Positions 44,301-58,570 of a DNA stretch of 64,000 nucleotides are shown piece after piece. Under the pieces are notes generated by a model. That model saw only the letters and a program-made list of their open reading frames with translations. It was not told the DNA's origin and made no database searches. Origin of the DNA: the human T2T-CHM13v2.0 reference genome, Homo sapiens; the NCBI RefSeq assembly GCF_009914755.1, contig NC_060932.1; one strand, 5' to 3'. Position numbers and translations under genes: made by a program. The first letter of the stretch is position 1; every line of letters begins with the position of its first letter.

Positions 44301-46065
44301 CTCCATTATTAGATGGGTCAAAGGGGACATCCTGTTTCGCCTTTCAAAGTTCTGCTTCAGTGTCACTTGCTGAACTTAACGTTATAGGTCTTCCACTCAC
44401 AATGGTCCCCCTGGACAATAGTTAAGACTCTGCAGAGGGTGTTGCCCTTCCAAAAGAGATCTACTCTTCATGACAGCATTTCTGCCCCTTTCCCTTGATA
44501 AGCAGTTCATGAGTTTTACACGCACTCCCTTGGAGGGATGATTCTGTCCCCATTAATGAGCAGCTTTGCTTGGTAGTTATTGAGTAACTGCCATCTATTG
44601 ACTTTATATAAAATGTTAATTATAAGTTAATTTGGGGACAACCGTTTAATCTATGAAAATACAAAGAAGAATGCACAGACCATGGACTATATCCACTAAG
44701 TGCAGCAATATATTTATTCATAATATAAGCACTGTGGCAAGTCAAAAGAAGTAAGGAAGCAGATCTAAGGGGTATTGGGTCCCCAATCAAAACATGCTAT
44801 TCCTTTCCTTTCCTTGATTTTTCTTTTGGCCTGAGATTGAATGAACTGAATGCCCATACTCAGAAAGATGCTTGAACTATGCCCGCCTATATAACATGTA
44901 TAACTGATACTAAAAGTGAAGGTAAGTCACATAAATCTAAAGCCAATGTAGAATTTTTCTGGTTAAAGTTTTTAAAACAAACCACAAAACTAAAAATACC
45001 TATAAAATCATCTTTTGCTAAATATTTAGGCAAAGGACATAAACATATGCATATATATAGATATTTACGCAAAGAACCATAAAAAGATATGTCTGCGTGT
45101 ACATAGGAACTATTTATTGACAAACCATTTGTGTTAGCACAGTAGCTTGCCCTTGGGGCTAACAGCCAAAAACTATTAATTCTTGCCATGGGAAAAACAA
45201 TTTTAAAACTCATTAATTATGCCAAAAATTTACATTTTTATTTTTATTCCAAGCCTTGATTACAGTCTATTAATAAATGAAAATGTGCTTGCATTTTTAA
45301 GTACTTCTGAATTTCCCAAGTTTTGTTTTCAAAGACAGCAAAACTTCAACAACATTTTAATTTACTCAGCGAATAGTCAAGGGAAAGGCTTTATTAAATA
45401 AAGAAACTGTCTTTGAAGAAATAGTTGGAGTTCAATAATATATTAAATGCCTGCTGAGGACTTTTTCTCTTTTTCTTTTTAATTTATGTTTTTATCAAAG
45501 TAAAATGGAGTTTTTTTTAAAAAAAAATCAAAAGCCACTACAAAGCTTATAAAGCAAAAAGCAGTTTATTATGCCACTACTCCCTACTCCTGAATCATTT
45601 AATGTCTTATTTTTTTCTTTTTGAATTTCTAACTGTATTTCTAAGTAGTATACCTACAGTGTTTTAATTTTTTTCATTTTATATATTAATTCTTGAATTG
45701 CAAATAAAGGCGGATTTACTTCTTTCTTTACAATCTTTACACCTTTAATCTCTTATTTGTGGCTTATTTCAACTGGCTAGGATTTCCTGTAAGAAGTTGA
45801 AAGGACTTTGCCTTATTCTTGATCTTAGAAGTAAAGCATTTGTTCTTCCATTATGAAGCATAATGTTAATTGTAGGGCTTTGTAGAGTCCCTTGAATGTA
45901 TTGAGGAAGTCCACCTCCTTTCCTAGTTTTCTGTCAGTGTTATTGTTTTATTTATTTTGCCTTTCTTATAATTTTTAAATTAAAAACACATCATTTTTGT
46001 ACAGTTTGTATAAAGAATTACATATATTATAATTTTTAACTCTTAGTAACCTTAAATTCTAGTGA

Positions 46066-46372
<307 letters not shown>

Positions 46373-46863
46373 TGCTGTCATTTTTAATATAAAAAGAAAT
46401 GATCTTTTAAATAATATTTTCTTGTTTAATGAGTGTGAAATTTTCTTTCATTTCTCTGATAATATTTTAGAGTCTTTAAAAATTCCTTTTTACTCTGCTT
46501 TTTTTTTTTTTTTTTTTTTTTTTGTCTTTTAAAATTACCACTATTTATTCTAAGTCCTGTTTTTCCGGTTAAAATAGTTTGGTCTCCTTCTTTCACACAG
46601 AGGATTTCCTCCGATGTCTGGTTTATTCCTAGCAATTCATCTGTGATTGGAATAAGGCATAAAAACACCACATGGGTGGGGCTTGCTGACTAGCAGGCCT
46701 CACTGTAGGGCATCCCTACCCATTTCTTAGGGGGATGTAGACATGTCAGTATCTCTGTGTACTTTCTTTCTGTTGGCCCAGAAAAGAAATACCTAATCTG
46801 CTGCCTGGTATAAATATAGACCTGGCTGCTAAAATCTGGGAACTGATTAAGGGATGTGGATAG

Positions 46864-46940
46864 TGGTGGTGTGTGCCTGTGGTCCTAGCTACTTGGGAGA
46901 CTGAGGTGGGAGGATCACTTGAGCCAGGAGATTCGGGCTG
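46864..46940 (+). mobile_element. Short FAM/FRAM/AluJ (7SL-derived) fragment
   Basis: gtggtgtgtgcctgtggtcctagctacttgggagactgaggtgggaggatcacttgagccagg. Confidence 0.75.
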
Positions 46941-47454
46941 AGTGTCTCACCATTCAGTAGAGAGACTTTTAGCTCACCCTTTGTTTTGCCTCTTTCCTCA
47001 CTTCCCTACTCAACTGTCTCTGATAACCCAAAGTCCAGAGTCTCTCCGGATTCGTTGCTCAGGAAGATAAACCTCTATTGCCTGCTAGGTTCGGGGAGGA
47101 GATGCTACCTGAGTATGCAGGTGAGTGAGGGAATCTGGAAGTCTAAATCTAAGTTCATCATCTTCATATCCACCCCACCTCTTGTCTTGCCTTTCAAAGC
47201 TCACCAGCACCTCTAGTCCTTAGGCTCTCTTGGGTTCTAATGAGAATATCATCTTGGTTTTTATCGACATTCTTATTGACTGGCAATTAAACATTAGCTT
47301 TCTCTACTTTGCTGAGTTACCAATGGTCCATCCACTTTCAGTCATCCAAAATGTTCTCCCATCCCTCATCTGCAATCATTTCCACAGGATTTCAGAAAGA
47401 AGCAAATATAACACATCTATTCAATCCACCATGTTTAACAAAATTTTCTGATGT

Positions 47455-48245
47455 GATTTTTTAAAATGCTTTTAAAATATGCCTACAAAAACATTCACCT
47501 GTTCAAAGGGTACTATATTAGATGAGTCTTGACAAATGCATATAGCTATGCAACCACCGCTACAGTCAAGATATAGAACATATGTATCACTCCCAAAATG
47601 TTCAGGCATGGACCTTTGTAGCTGATGCCCTGTCTCTACCCTGAATCCCTGGCAAACACTGAACATTTCTCTCCCTAGTTTTGCCTTTTCTAGGATGTCA
47701 TATAAATTGAATCATAGTCATACAGGCAGTTGTGTCTGGCTTCTTTCACTTACCATAATAATTTTGATTTCCATCCATTTGTTTCATGTATCAGTAGTTC
47801 ACCACGCTTTACTGTTGAATAGGATTCCATTATATGGACAGACCACAGTTTGTTAATCCATTCATTAGAAGATGGATATTTGAGTTGTTTCCAGTCCTTG
47901 GCTATTATTAATAAAGTTGCTGTGAACATATGTTTAAAGGTCTTTGGATGTGAACACATGTCTTTACTACTCTTAGGTAAATATCTAAGAACGGAATTGC
48001 TGGGTCGTGTAGTAAGTGTATGTGTTAAAATGTATAAGAAGTTTCCAATCTGTTTCAAAGTGGTTGTAAGATTTTAAATTCTTTTCAGCAATATGTGAGC
48101 AATCCAGTTGCTCCACATTCTCACCAATAATTGCTATTATCATTTTAAAAAACGTTAGCTAACATATGAGGTGTTAAATTATATCATATCATGATTTTAA
48201 TTTGCATTTCCCTGATGACTAATATTGTTGAGTATCTTTCATATT
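47455..48245 (-). mobile_element. L1ME1/L1MB-type 3' portion
   Basis: gacaaatgcatatagctatgcaaccacc..caagatatagaacat; ORF2 remnant in ORF 47750-48058. Confidence 0.8.
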
Positions 48246-48323
48246 CAATATACGGACGCCATGATTGAAAATTCAATACCACTCAAAATTGTACTATAAT
48301 AAATAAACAAATCACTTAGGTAT

Positions 48324-48751
48324 TGCTACAGGTTGAATTATGCTTTGCCCCTCTCATCCCAAAAAGATATGCTGGAATCTTAAACCTCATACCTCAAAAT
48401 ATGGTCTTATTTAGAGATAGACTCTTTACCGGGGTAAAGTTAAAATGTGGTTATTAGGGTAGGCTCTAATCCAATCTGACAACACCATTATAAAACGGAG
48501 AAATTTGGACATGGAGACAGACGAGCACAGAGGGAAGGTGATGTGAGGAGACACGGGGAGAAGACAGCCATCTACAAGCCAAGGAGAGGGCCCTGGAACA
48601 GATCCTCCCTCACAGCTCTAGGAAGGAACCAACTCTGCTGATATCTTGATTTCAGATTTCTAGCATCTGGAACTGTGAGAAAGTAAATTTCTGTTGTTTA
48701 AGCTATTCGGTTTGTAGTATTTTGTTACAGAAGCCATCACAAACTAATACA
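48324..48751 (+). mobile_element. MLT1B solo LTR
   Basis: tgctacaggttgaatt..ggagaagacagccatctacaagccaaggagag..aaactaataca. Confidence 0.88.
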
Positions 48752-49655
48752 GATGCAAATCTAATATATAAGCAGGACTTGCATGCTGAAAACACAAAAT
48801 ATTGCAAGAAATCAAAGATCTAAGTAAATGGAGAGACAAACCATGTCATAAGACTCAGCACAGCAAAGGGTTAATTCATTGCCAAATTGATACACAGCTT
48901 TAATGAAATTCCTATTAAAATCCTAGCAAGATTTCTTTGTAGATATAGACAAGACTACTCTAAAATTTATATGGACAGGCAATGAACTAGAATAGCTGAA
49001 ACCATTTTGAAAGGGAAGAACAAAATGAGAGGAATCGGTCTACCTGATTTTCGACTTATTATATAGCTACAGTAATTGGGACTGTTTGATGCTGGTGGAA
49101 GAATACACACAACGATCAATAGAACAGAGGAACGAACCCAAAAATAGACCCACACAAGTATGCCCAAGTGATTTTCAATGAAGTTACAAAAGCAATTCAA
49201 TGGAAGAAAAATAGCCTTTCCAGCAAATTGTGCTGGAGAAATTGGACATTCACAGGCAAAAAACAAAACAAAACAAAACAAAACAAACAAACAAACAAAA
49301 ACTCAGCTCAACCTAATTCTTACACCTAATTTTTTAAAAATTAACTCAAAATGTAAAGAGACTTAAATGTAAAATATAAAACTAAAACATTTACAAGAAA
49401 ACATAGTAAAAAATCCTGGGGATCTAGGGCTAGACAAAATATTCATAGAGTTGACACCAAAAGTGTGATCCTTAAAAGAAAATCTTGATAAATCACAATT
49501 AAAAATTTTTGCTCTGTGAAAGACACTGTGAAGAGGATGAAAAGACAAGCTATAGACTGAGAGAAAATATTTTCAAATCACGTATTTGACAAAGAACTAG
49601 CATCTAGAATATACATAAAGAACTCTCAAAACTCAACCTTTAAAAAAACCAAACT

Positions 49656-49949
49656 GGCCGGGCATGGTGGCTCATGCCTGTAATCCCAAAGCTGGGAGAC
49701 CGAAGCAGGCAGATCACCTGAGTTCAGGATTTTGAGACCAGCCTGGGCAACATGGTGAAAACCCGTCTCTACTAAAAATATAAGAAATTAGCCGGGCATG
49801 GTGGCACGTGCCTGTAATCCCAACTACTCAGGAGACTGAGGCAGGAGAATCACTTGAACCCTGGAGGCGAAGATTCCAGTGAGCCAAGATCACACCACTG
49901 CACTCCAGCCTGGGTGACAGAATGAGACTCCATCTCAAAAGCAAAAAAA
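49656..49949 (+). mobile_element. AluS
   Basis: ggccgggcatggtggctcatgcctgtaatccc..gactccatctcaaaa; no recognisable TSD. Confidence 0.92.
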
Positions 49950-52500
49950 TTCAATATGCGTTTATCATAAGACCCAGCAAATGCTCTTCTGGGCATTTAT
50001 CTCAGAGAAATAAAGTAAAATCTTATGTTCTCAAAAATACCTGTATATCAATGTCTGTAGCATCTTGCAATTGCCCAAACTGGAAGCGGCCCAGATATCC
50101 TTCAACAGGTGGATGGTTAAACAAACTGTAGTACGCCATACCCTGGAATACCATTCAGCAATAAAGATTAAAAAGCTATTGATACATGCAACAACTTTCA
50201 GAGGATTATGCTGCAAATAAAAAAACAGTGCAATCCCAAAAGATTACATACTGTATAATCCCATTTATATAACATTCCTGCAAAGACAAAATTATAGATA
50301 TGGAGAACAGTGGTTGCCAAGGATTAAGGAAGGGGTGGGTGCAGGAGGGAAGTGGATGTGGAGGACTCTTGTAGCCAAGGAAATTGTCTGTATTTTGATG
50401 GTATCAATGTCAATGTCCTGGTATGAAATAGTACAATGGTTTGGCAAGATACTACCAAGTTGGAGGAACTGGGTGAAAGATAGAGGGATCTCCCTGTATT
50501 ATTTCTTACAAGTGCATGTGAATCTACAATTACCTCAAAATGTTTAATTTTCAGATGAAAGCAAAAAAAAAGAAAGCCAAACTAAACAAAAATAACATTT
50601 CTAGATAACTCAGAAATGTTATAGTTTCTATAAATATTTTTAAAGAAAATCAGTGCTAAATTCAGTTCATCTCCTCCTTCAGATTCTCCTGTTCTAGAAC
50701 AGGTGCTAGAGCTTCAGCTATAAACTTAGATAGTTTGTGACTGAGTCAACTTCTAGCGAGTTAGGATGTCCACAGCAGAGTGCTGGGAGCTGTACCTGCC
50801 CGGCACCACCCCTGTGCTCAGTACGCTACAGTCCATGTGACAGGCAGGCTTAAGGTCTACAATTAGAGAAGCAGGTGGATCTCCTTTGTCCTCAGGTCTA
50901 AGTCACTTTCTCCTCTCTGGCTCCCCCAGAAAGCCTTGGGGGTTAAGACACACCTGCCTACCCGTTAGGAAAACTGACAGTTTGTTTCCCATTTGGCTCT
51001 CAATTTTCTGTGAGTTGCACTAGCTTTAAGGAGAAGAAGGGTGAATTCAAATCAGCCTTACCTCTTGACTCCATTAGGAGATCCTGAGGTTGGACCAGCG
51101 GCATCTCCCAAGATGGGGTTGGGGTACTGGACTCCCACAAGGAGGCCAGAGCAAAGGCACATGAGGCTACTTACACCTGCACTCCTGACAGAGGCTGCTG
51201 GGACATCCAGAAATAATTAGAAAGCCATTGGGCTTTTCTTACCTGGTAAATTATACATTTGGGTGATATCTACGTCCTTTCCTCATGTTCTCCTTGGGAA
51301 TAAAGGAACAAATGTGCGAGCTGATTGTCCAGAGTTTGTGGTAGGTAAGAGAGACAGAAACGAGGCTCAGAAGTGTGCTGTGGGTCCTCTAATACCTGGC
51401 TCAGCGGTTCAAAGACGACTCGAGGGACTTCATGGAGTTCCACTGGACATTTCCTGCAAGGGGTTCTGGTTCCCCCTTCATTTTCACTGCACACACCTCT
51501 ATCTGACATAGGGAGTTTGCTTCTGGGCCCCTGCTGCCTTCCGCTTCCCCTCTGACAAGCTGCTAAGGTCTCTAGTTCCCTTGCCTGTCCCTGTGTCTGT
51601 GCTAGGTGGCTTGGATCCTCAGATTGCCATGCCCCTTAGCTTGTCTTGGCATCTCTGCCATTGATTCCCAATTGGAACCATCTCCATGAGACCTTTGACT
51701 TGGCATGCCACAGCCCTCTGCTCCCCATGAGCTGAGTCCTGGGATCCTGGGCCCAGGGTGCCAGGACAGGACCTAAGCAGCAGCCACTTTTCTGGCAAGA
51801 TGACCTTTAAAAATTTTGGCTTTTCCCCAGCATGTCAGCACGCCCTTGTGATTCAGTTGAACTTTCCAGTTGCCTTAGTCTCAATGCAGCCTGTGGGGTG
51901 AGGAGGTGACTCTTGCCCTCTATTAGGAGCTCTGCTGGTCATCTCCTCTGACCACAGCCAGCTTTCCTTCCTCCCTTCACTCTGAAGGCCCTGCTTCCTG
52001 AATTGCACGAGATCAGACACATTCACATCTCACTATTCCAGCTGCCTGCAAATTTTTGATAACACTATCCTACCAGCAAAACAACTTTAATTATGTATCC
52101 CCAAGAAGTAAAGTGCTCTACTAACCTATACATTATAACAGTAAGAAAAATGAAAATTTAAAAAGGATGGTGCATTAGAAAGCAGAAATCCTAGTGTGAT
52201 CTTCTTTCACCTGAGCAGCTCATTGTGTTCTGAGACCCTGGCTCTACCCTGCTAAAACCAGTAGTGAAGTAGACTAAGTCTTTTCAGAAGGGTATCAAGC
52301 ATGTGCCACCTGGATTTTGGTGGATATTGACCATTACCCCAAGGAAAAACTTTTATGGTAAAAAGCCTGACTCCCCCCTTCAGAATGTGTGAGCCTCACT
52401 CTCTTCATTTGTAAAATCACCATCTGAATTCTATGCTTTGAAAGACACTTTCAGGTCAAATACTTATTAGGTGTCTACATATCCATCAACGAAGACTTAA

Positions 52501-52881
<381 letters not shown>

Positions 52882-53291
52882 TAAGAAACAAAAAGGATGG
52901 TGGATTTACACGGGATTTTCCCAGCAGAGGCTAGGATCTGTGTGCTTGGTTGTATTGTTCATTTCACAGACAGTAATGTTGATTTGGAAGAGGATGAGTG
53001 AATTTCACATATTATCTGGGAACTCATTACACAAAAGCAAGGAACTCTTTTGCTATAATTTTTAAAATCTTTGATACTTTGATTAGCACCTACAATATCT
53101 CGTTATCATCTGAATTTCTTTTATTATCTGTGTGTTGAAAATTTTTTCATATTTTTTATCATGTGTCTTTCCTCCTTATGAACCATCTGTTTATGTCCTT
53201 TGCTCAATCATATATTGGAGTCTTATAATTTTGGGGGTCATTTTTGGTGATTGAGATTTTATATAATGAGGATATTAAGATGCGCATGTAA

Positions 53292-53317
53292 GTGTGTGTG
53301 TGTGTGTGTGTGTGTGT
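53292..53317. repeat. (GT)13 microsatellite
   Basis: Direct reading. Confidence 0.95.
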
Positions 53318-54167
53318 TTGGTTAACCAATTGACTTGAGCTCTTACAAATTTTCAAGCTAAATAGCTATTCTATTTTGGTTTAGGGAAAAAGAAAATCGA
53401 ACCAAGATAAGCTTTTAAATTCAACTTCCTTTCCAGCAGAAAGGGAAAGCAGGAATTGTAGAGCTGCTGAACAAGAGCAATTTTCATTCTCTCTTGGTTT
53501 GAATGAGTTTCTTTTTTCCTTATGAAATGGGAACTTCTTTTCTGTGTATCTATACAGTTGTTATTATCGTTGTAATAATGAACTTCTATTGAGAAGCACT
53601 AGAAGCTGAAGCACTTCAGATCGGGACAATAAGCCCAATACAGCGGCTTGATTTAGACAGGGACCCTCACTTCTGTTTAGAAATACATTTTCAATCATTT
53701 TAATGAAAAGGGCGACAGCAGCCATGGTGTGTTCAGATACTCAGCATGACACCGCCTGCAAGCTCTATTGTCTTTCGCTGATTAAACTGGGCTGGTTGAG
53801 AATTACATTTCTGCACCCATGGTTCCGCTGTGGTGAACACCGGGAGTAAGCAAGCTCTTATTCAGGTCCCAAGCAAGCCACAGCCAGCATGTCAGAAAGC
53901 AAGATTCAAGTCAGGGTCCCCTTGGCTTCGACTGGCTCTACTGGATCAAACAGCTCCAGCGGGGACAGAGGCAGCAGGAAAGAGCTTCCTCAATAAGGAA
54001 ATTGAAGAGCAGGAGGAAGGAAAAAATAACCTGAAACTCAGATGGGCAAGATTAGGGGTGGGGAGTGAGAGCCAGAGATCATGTGTCAGCACCCAGAGCG
54101 GAGGAGAAAGAATTCTGATTCCAGTCCACACCACCCTAGACTGCAGCATTGAGCACCCCAGGGCTGG

Positions 54168-54300
54168 CGTTCATCTCAACCCCCTCATTTTCTCAGTTGA
54201 GGAAACAACCCTGGAGAGGTGAGGTGACCCGCTTAACATCATGCCACGTGTGTGGGAGAGAAGGGACATGAACCCTGTCCCCAATAATCCATGCTGCCTC
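54168..54300 (-). mobile_element. MIR fragment
   Basis: ccccctcattttctcagttgaggaaac..gagaggtgaggtgacc. Confidence 0.65.
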
Positions 54301-54459
54301 TCAAATATCACATTATTTTCCTTGCACTGTTTCCTTTTGGGGTTCTCGCTGTGGTTTGAAATGAGAGTGTCAACCTTCAGGGACAGCAGGACCTGCTGAG
54401 TCCATGGAAGGGTCTCAGTGCTTATTGATTGAATGGAGGTGTCATCCTGTGCTTTCGAG

Positions 54460-54640
54460 CAAAGCTTTCAGAACCAGAGAGATCCAGGCTCACTTTCCAG
54501 CTCAGCTCCGTATCATCTGGACACTCTTGGGAAATTCACTTGCCCTCTCTGGGCCTCAGTTTCCTTTTCTGTAAAATGGGGACAATGAGAATTATATTGA
54601 CCTCTGAGGGCTGTTTCGAGGAGTAAACAAAAGAATGCAC
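54460..54640 (+). mobile_element. MIR
   Basis: cacttgccctctctgggcctcagtttccttttctgtaaaatgggga. Confidence 0.8.
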
Positions 54641-55079
54641 AGAAAGTCTCTCTTCAGAAAAGAAGATGAAAGCCCAAAGAAGATTAAGTAATTTTGTCCA
54701 AAGTAACTTGTTCTTTAAGATGTGGCCGGAACTCAAAAATCAGTCCGTGGGTGCTGAGAAAGTCAGTGCTCTTTTGTTCTCTTTTATTATATCCTGGACA
54801 CGATGGTTCATGTGTTGAGGGCCCAATGAACGTCATTCACTTAGAATTCAATACGTGTGAATTATTTGAAAAAACTGCAGTAGCCCCGAGTATATAAAAA
54901 CTACCATAACCTAATGTCTATAGTAAAATATTACAAGGTCAGAGCTACAGTGAACCCTGTCAAGTCTGAAAAGACTTTAAATAAATCTTATCGACAAAAG
55001 ACACTGTGGAAAGCTGGAAGAAGGCATTCGTAATGAAGACACAGACATCTAAGGACTGAAGTAATTTGAAACACGGCAT

Positions 55080-55190
55080 CAGAAGATCTGCCCCTTTGTG
55101 CTGTATGGTCTAGACACACTGTTCTACCTCTTTGTGCCTGTTTCCTTATTTGTGCAGTGAAGGGTTAGGACTTGGAAATGGCTGAGATCT
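55080..55190 (+). mobile_element. MIR3-like fragment
   Basis: ctctttgtgcctgtttccttatttgtgcagtgaagggttaggact. Confidence 0.55.
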
Positions 55191-55590
55191 CACAAGATTT
55201 AAAGTCACCAAATCAAACCTAGAATTCAACCTAGAAAGATTACAGGCCCAAAAGTTTGTGAAATTATTGAGAAGGATCCCTTGACTCCAGGTTGAATTTA
55301 GAGAGAGAAATTTGCTAGCTGCCACGTGGAGTAGGAAAGGATCTCCTAGAAGTCACTACATCAGGAATCCCACAGCAACTACAGCCACCACTGTTCATTG
55401 ACATTATGTCTTCAATAGTAGGTGAATTTGCTGCTACAACCAAGTATTTTCTTTGCAACTCGCATATCCTTAATAATCTCCTTCCAGAGCTGTGCTCAGT
55501 AGCAGCTATTTCCGAAAGGAAATAAACGTTTCCATTGTTCCTGTTGCAATATTGACTTCCAGTGAAGATAGTTTTTGACATTTAAAGGGA

Positions 55591-55610
55591 AGAGCGCCCC
55601 CTAGTGGAAG
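55591..55610 (-). promoter_or_regulatory. Strong CTCF consensus motif
   Basis: Reverse complement cttCCACTAGGGGGCGCTct matches the CTCF core CCASYAGRKGGCRS at every position, retains its CpG and lies in unique sequence. Confidence 0.75.
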
Positions 55611-55779
55611 TATAATCCAAGCCGACAGCCAAGACCACCATTAAAAGCTGATGGGTACCGTTCATGTTTGGGAGACCTGTCTTACAGTCCCCTTCCAGAA
55701 GTGATTTATGCCACCAAGAAAGTACACATCAGGCTTAAGCATCTACCAAGAAAATATACCCTGTTATAAACAAAAATAA

Positions 55780-56109
<330 letters not shown>

Positions 56110-57800
56110 TGATAAAGAGACAACAGACAGAGCGAGAAAAGGATTAAGAAAATTAGGAACAGACAAGAGAAGTGGCATGAAAAGGAGGAGACAGGACAGA
56201 GCAGACACAGGAAGAAGAATGACATGAAAATATGGATTTCTTCTTGGTATTTTTCTTCCTTCATTTTAGATGGAGGGAAATAGCTTATTCTAGAATAATT
56301 CCCTCCAGAGACTCTGTTTTTAAGTGGAACACCTTGTAGTACATTAGACAGGCAACGACTCCATTCTTGACAATGAAACAAACCACCACAACTCAACACC
56401 TGATTGGACAGAGAGCAAGCACCTCTCACTCTTGTTCACCTGCTTGAGGCCTTTCAGAAGGGAAAAAAAAAATGTGTCTGATGCCAAATGAGAGCTTCAA
56501 TGAATGAATGCCACAACAACTATGGCCGCTACTGTTAAATTGACGTGTGAGTTGGGCAGGAGATGGGGAGGTATTGATGAATTACAGACAGACAAATTCA
56601 GGTGCTTTCTGCAGTTTTGTTCTAAGTGACATCTGTCTGTGTCCACGGAGACCATTCCTCCCATCCAGGTGCAGCACGGGGACCCGCCATGACTTTGGGG
56701 GTGGATGCATAAAGAGTTTTCCATTTTAACAGTTATGCCTTTATAGTCATATGTGTTAGAGAAACTAAAACTCACCTATCAAACCTATGATTTTAAGAGT
56801 TCTATTTTTAACATGAGGCTGAGTAGGTTTTTCTTTAAGTGAGCGATTTTAAAGACAATATTAAATAAATAGTAAAGTACGTGGAAAGGAAGGAGAGGTG
56901 GCGGAAATTATGAGAGAGTGCTGAATATCACCGAAGCTCAGAAAACACTTCAGGAAGTGAGCAGAGGTTATTCAAGGGTTATCTTTCTATCATTCTCTCC
57001 CCTCTCTCGAGACTGGTCCTTCTTGCATTCATTTTATCTATTGTGCTTCTCTAGTTTGCCCTGTGGTCCTGTCTTCACCGAACACATTCCTACTGCTCTG
57101 AATCAATGACAATGTCAATGGGCAGGACAGTCCTTCTGTGGTCCCATTCAGCCATGGCTCCAAATTCGCGATCTAGCAAAGGAGGGGTCTCTAGATTGCC
57201 CCCAGCATTGTATGATGAAGGAATGGCCTCCAAATCAGCCATTTTCCCAGGACCTTCCCACCCTCTCCACCAGCACTCCCCACTCCTTCTTACCCCAGCG
57301 AGAAGAGCAGTGCACAGTGACATGTGTCAAGGGCCCCAGCCATGGAAAAGATGGAATCCTGCTCCGAGGAGAGACAGTAGCTGAAATCTTGCAATCCTGA
57401 AGCCTCTTTTTCCCCAAGAAGACTGCCGTCTACACCCTTGTTAGTCAGAGAAGGAAATAGTTACATTAAGAAATTCTCTGAGCCTCTATGAGAAACTCCT
57501 TTCTTCCCAGAGACCTCAGGTGAGCTTTCCCAAAAGGACCCTGCCCGTGTAGGCTTGGACCTGTCCTCCAGGGCTCATTTTAATGGAGTGAAAAAGCATT
57601 CCTCAGTCAATGACATGACCTAGGAGTTCTTGTGTTGTTTTCTCTTCAAATTGCCATTGCAGGAATGCAACGTGATAACTAATTTACAGTATCATATAAT
57701 CACCAAGAGCCCCCTCTGTGCAGCTGCCCTTCCCATCGTCCATGTTTGACATGCCACCACTCTTCCACTCTGATGTCAAGGTGAGCCTCTGATAAGAGAG

Positions 57801-58205
57801 TGTGTTACTCTGTTTGTGTTGCTATAAAGGAATACCTCAGACTGGGTAATTATACAGAAAAGAGGCTTATTTGGCTCACAGTTCTACAGGATGTATAGGA
57901 AGCATAGTGTCAGTATCTGCTTCTGGGGAGGGCCTCAGGACGCTTCCAATCATGGCATAGCGGGAGCCAGCAGTCACATAGCAAGAGTAGGAGCAAGACA
58001 GAGAGGAGGGAGGTGCCGGGCTTTTTTTAAACAACAGCTCTCTAGTGAACTCATAGAGTGAGAACTCATTCATTACGATGAGGACAAGGCACCAAGTCAT
58101 TCATGAGGGATGCACCTCCATGACTTCCCAGTAAGACCATCTCCAACATTGGATGTCACATTTCAATGTAAGATTTGGAGGGGACGAAACATCCAAATCA
58201 TATGA
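57801..58205 (-). mobile_element. MSTB solo LTR
   Basis: tgtgttactctgtttgtgttgctataaaggaatacc..acatccaaatcatatga; TSD gagag/gaggg. Confidence 0.88.
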
Positions 58206-58402
58206 GAGGGCCAATCAAATCCTAGAACACTGAAAAGAACAGCAACCACTGATCCCCACTGGGCATGAAGGGTAGCCAGAGTGCCAGTCCTACTTCCCCA
58301 CCAAGACTCAAAACTGAAGACAGCTTAGCCTATTTTGGATGCTATCGACTGGTACTAATGATTTCATTCCTATCTACACGCAGAGTTTGGGGGCATATAT
58401 GC

Positions 58403-58570
58403 AAAGTGGTACTAGTAAATGTTTTAGCCTTTGCCAATTCCTATGGTATAAATACTGTCATCATAGCTAATTTCAATCTACGAACATGATGTCAACTGAC
58501 TCACAAAATTCCTGAAAATTTAACAAGCAGCTCTTGCAAGTTTGTTTAAGTTTGCTGCAGCATAGCACTT
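58403..58570. mobile_element. MER63A-like (hAT-Blackjack)
   Basis: ctagtaaatgttt..atggtataaatact..tcacaaaattcctgaaaatttaaca..cagcatagcact. Confidence 0.7.

Larger units (their letters stand above)
48260..50545 (+). mobile_element. L1MC1/2-like ORF2 and 3'UTR, interrupted by MLT1B and AluS
   Basis: ctaagtaaatggagagac..; aaatagacccacacaagtat; 3' end gtattatttcttacaagtgcatgtgaatctacaatt. Confidence 0.8.

Noticed and set aside
44800-44927. Possible + strand exon ending at AAG|GTAAGT, and other isolated donors (about 20749, 47121, 51240, 58570)
   Set aside because: Weak or absent acceptor partners; such motifs are expected by chance in 64 kb.
46864-46940. 7SL RNA gene or pseudogene
   Set aside because: Only about 75 nt of Alu-domain sequence and no S domain; a monomer Alu fragment suffices.
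53830-54222. 130-aa ORF
   Set aside because: GTG start, runs into a MIR, and has no recognisable homology.
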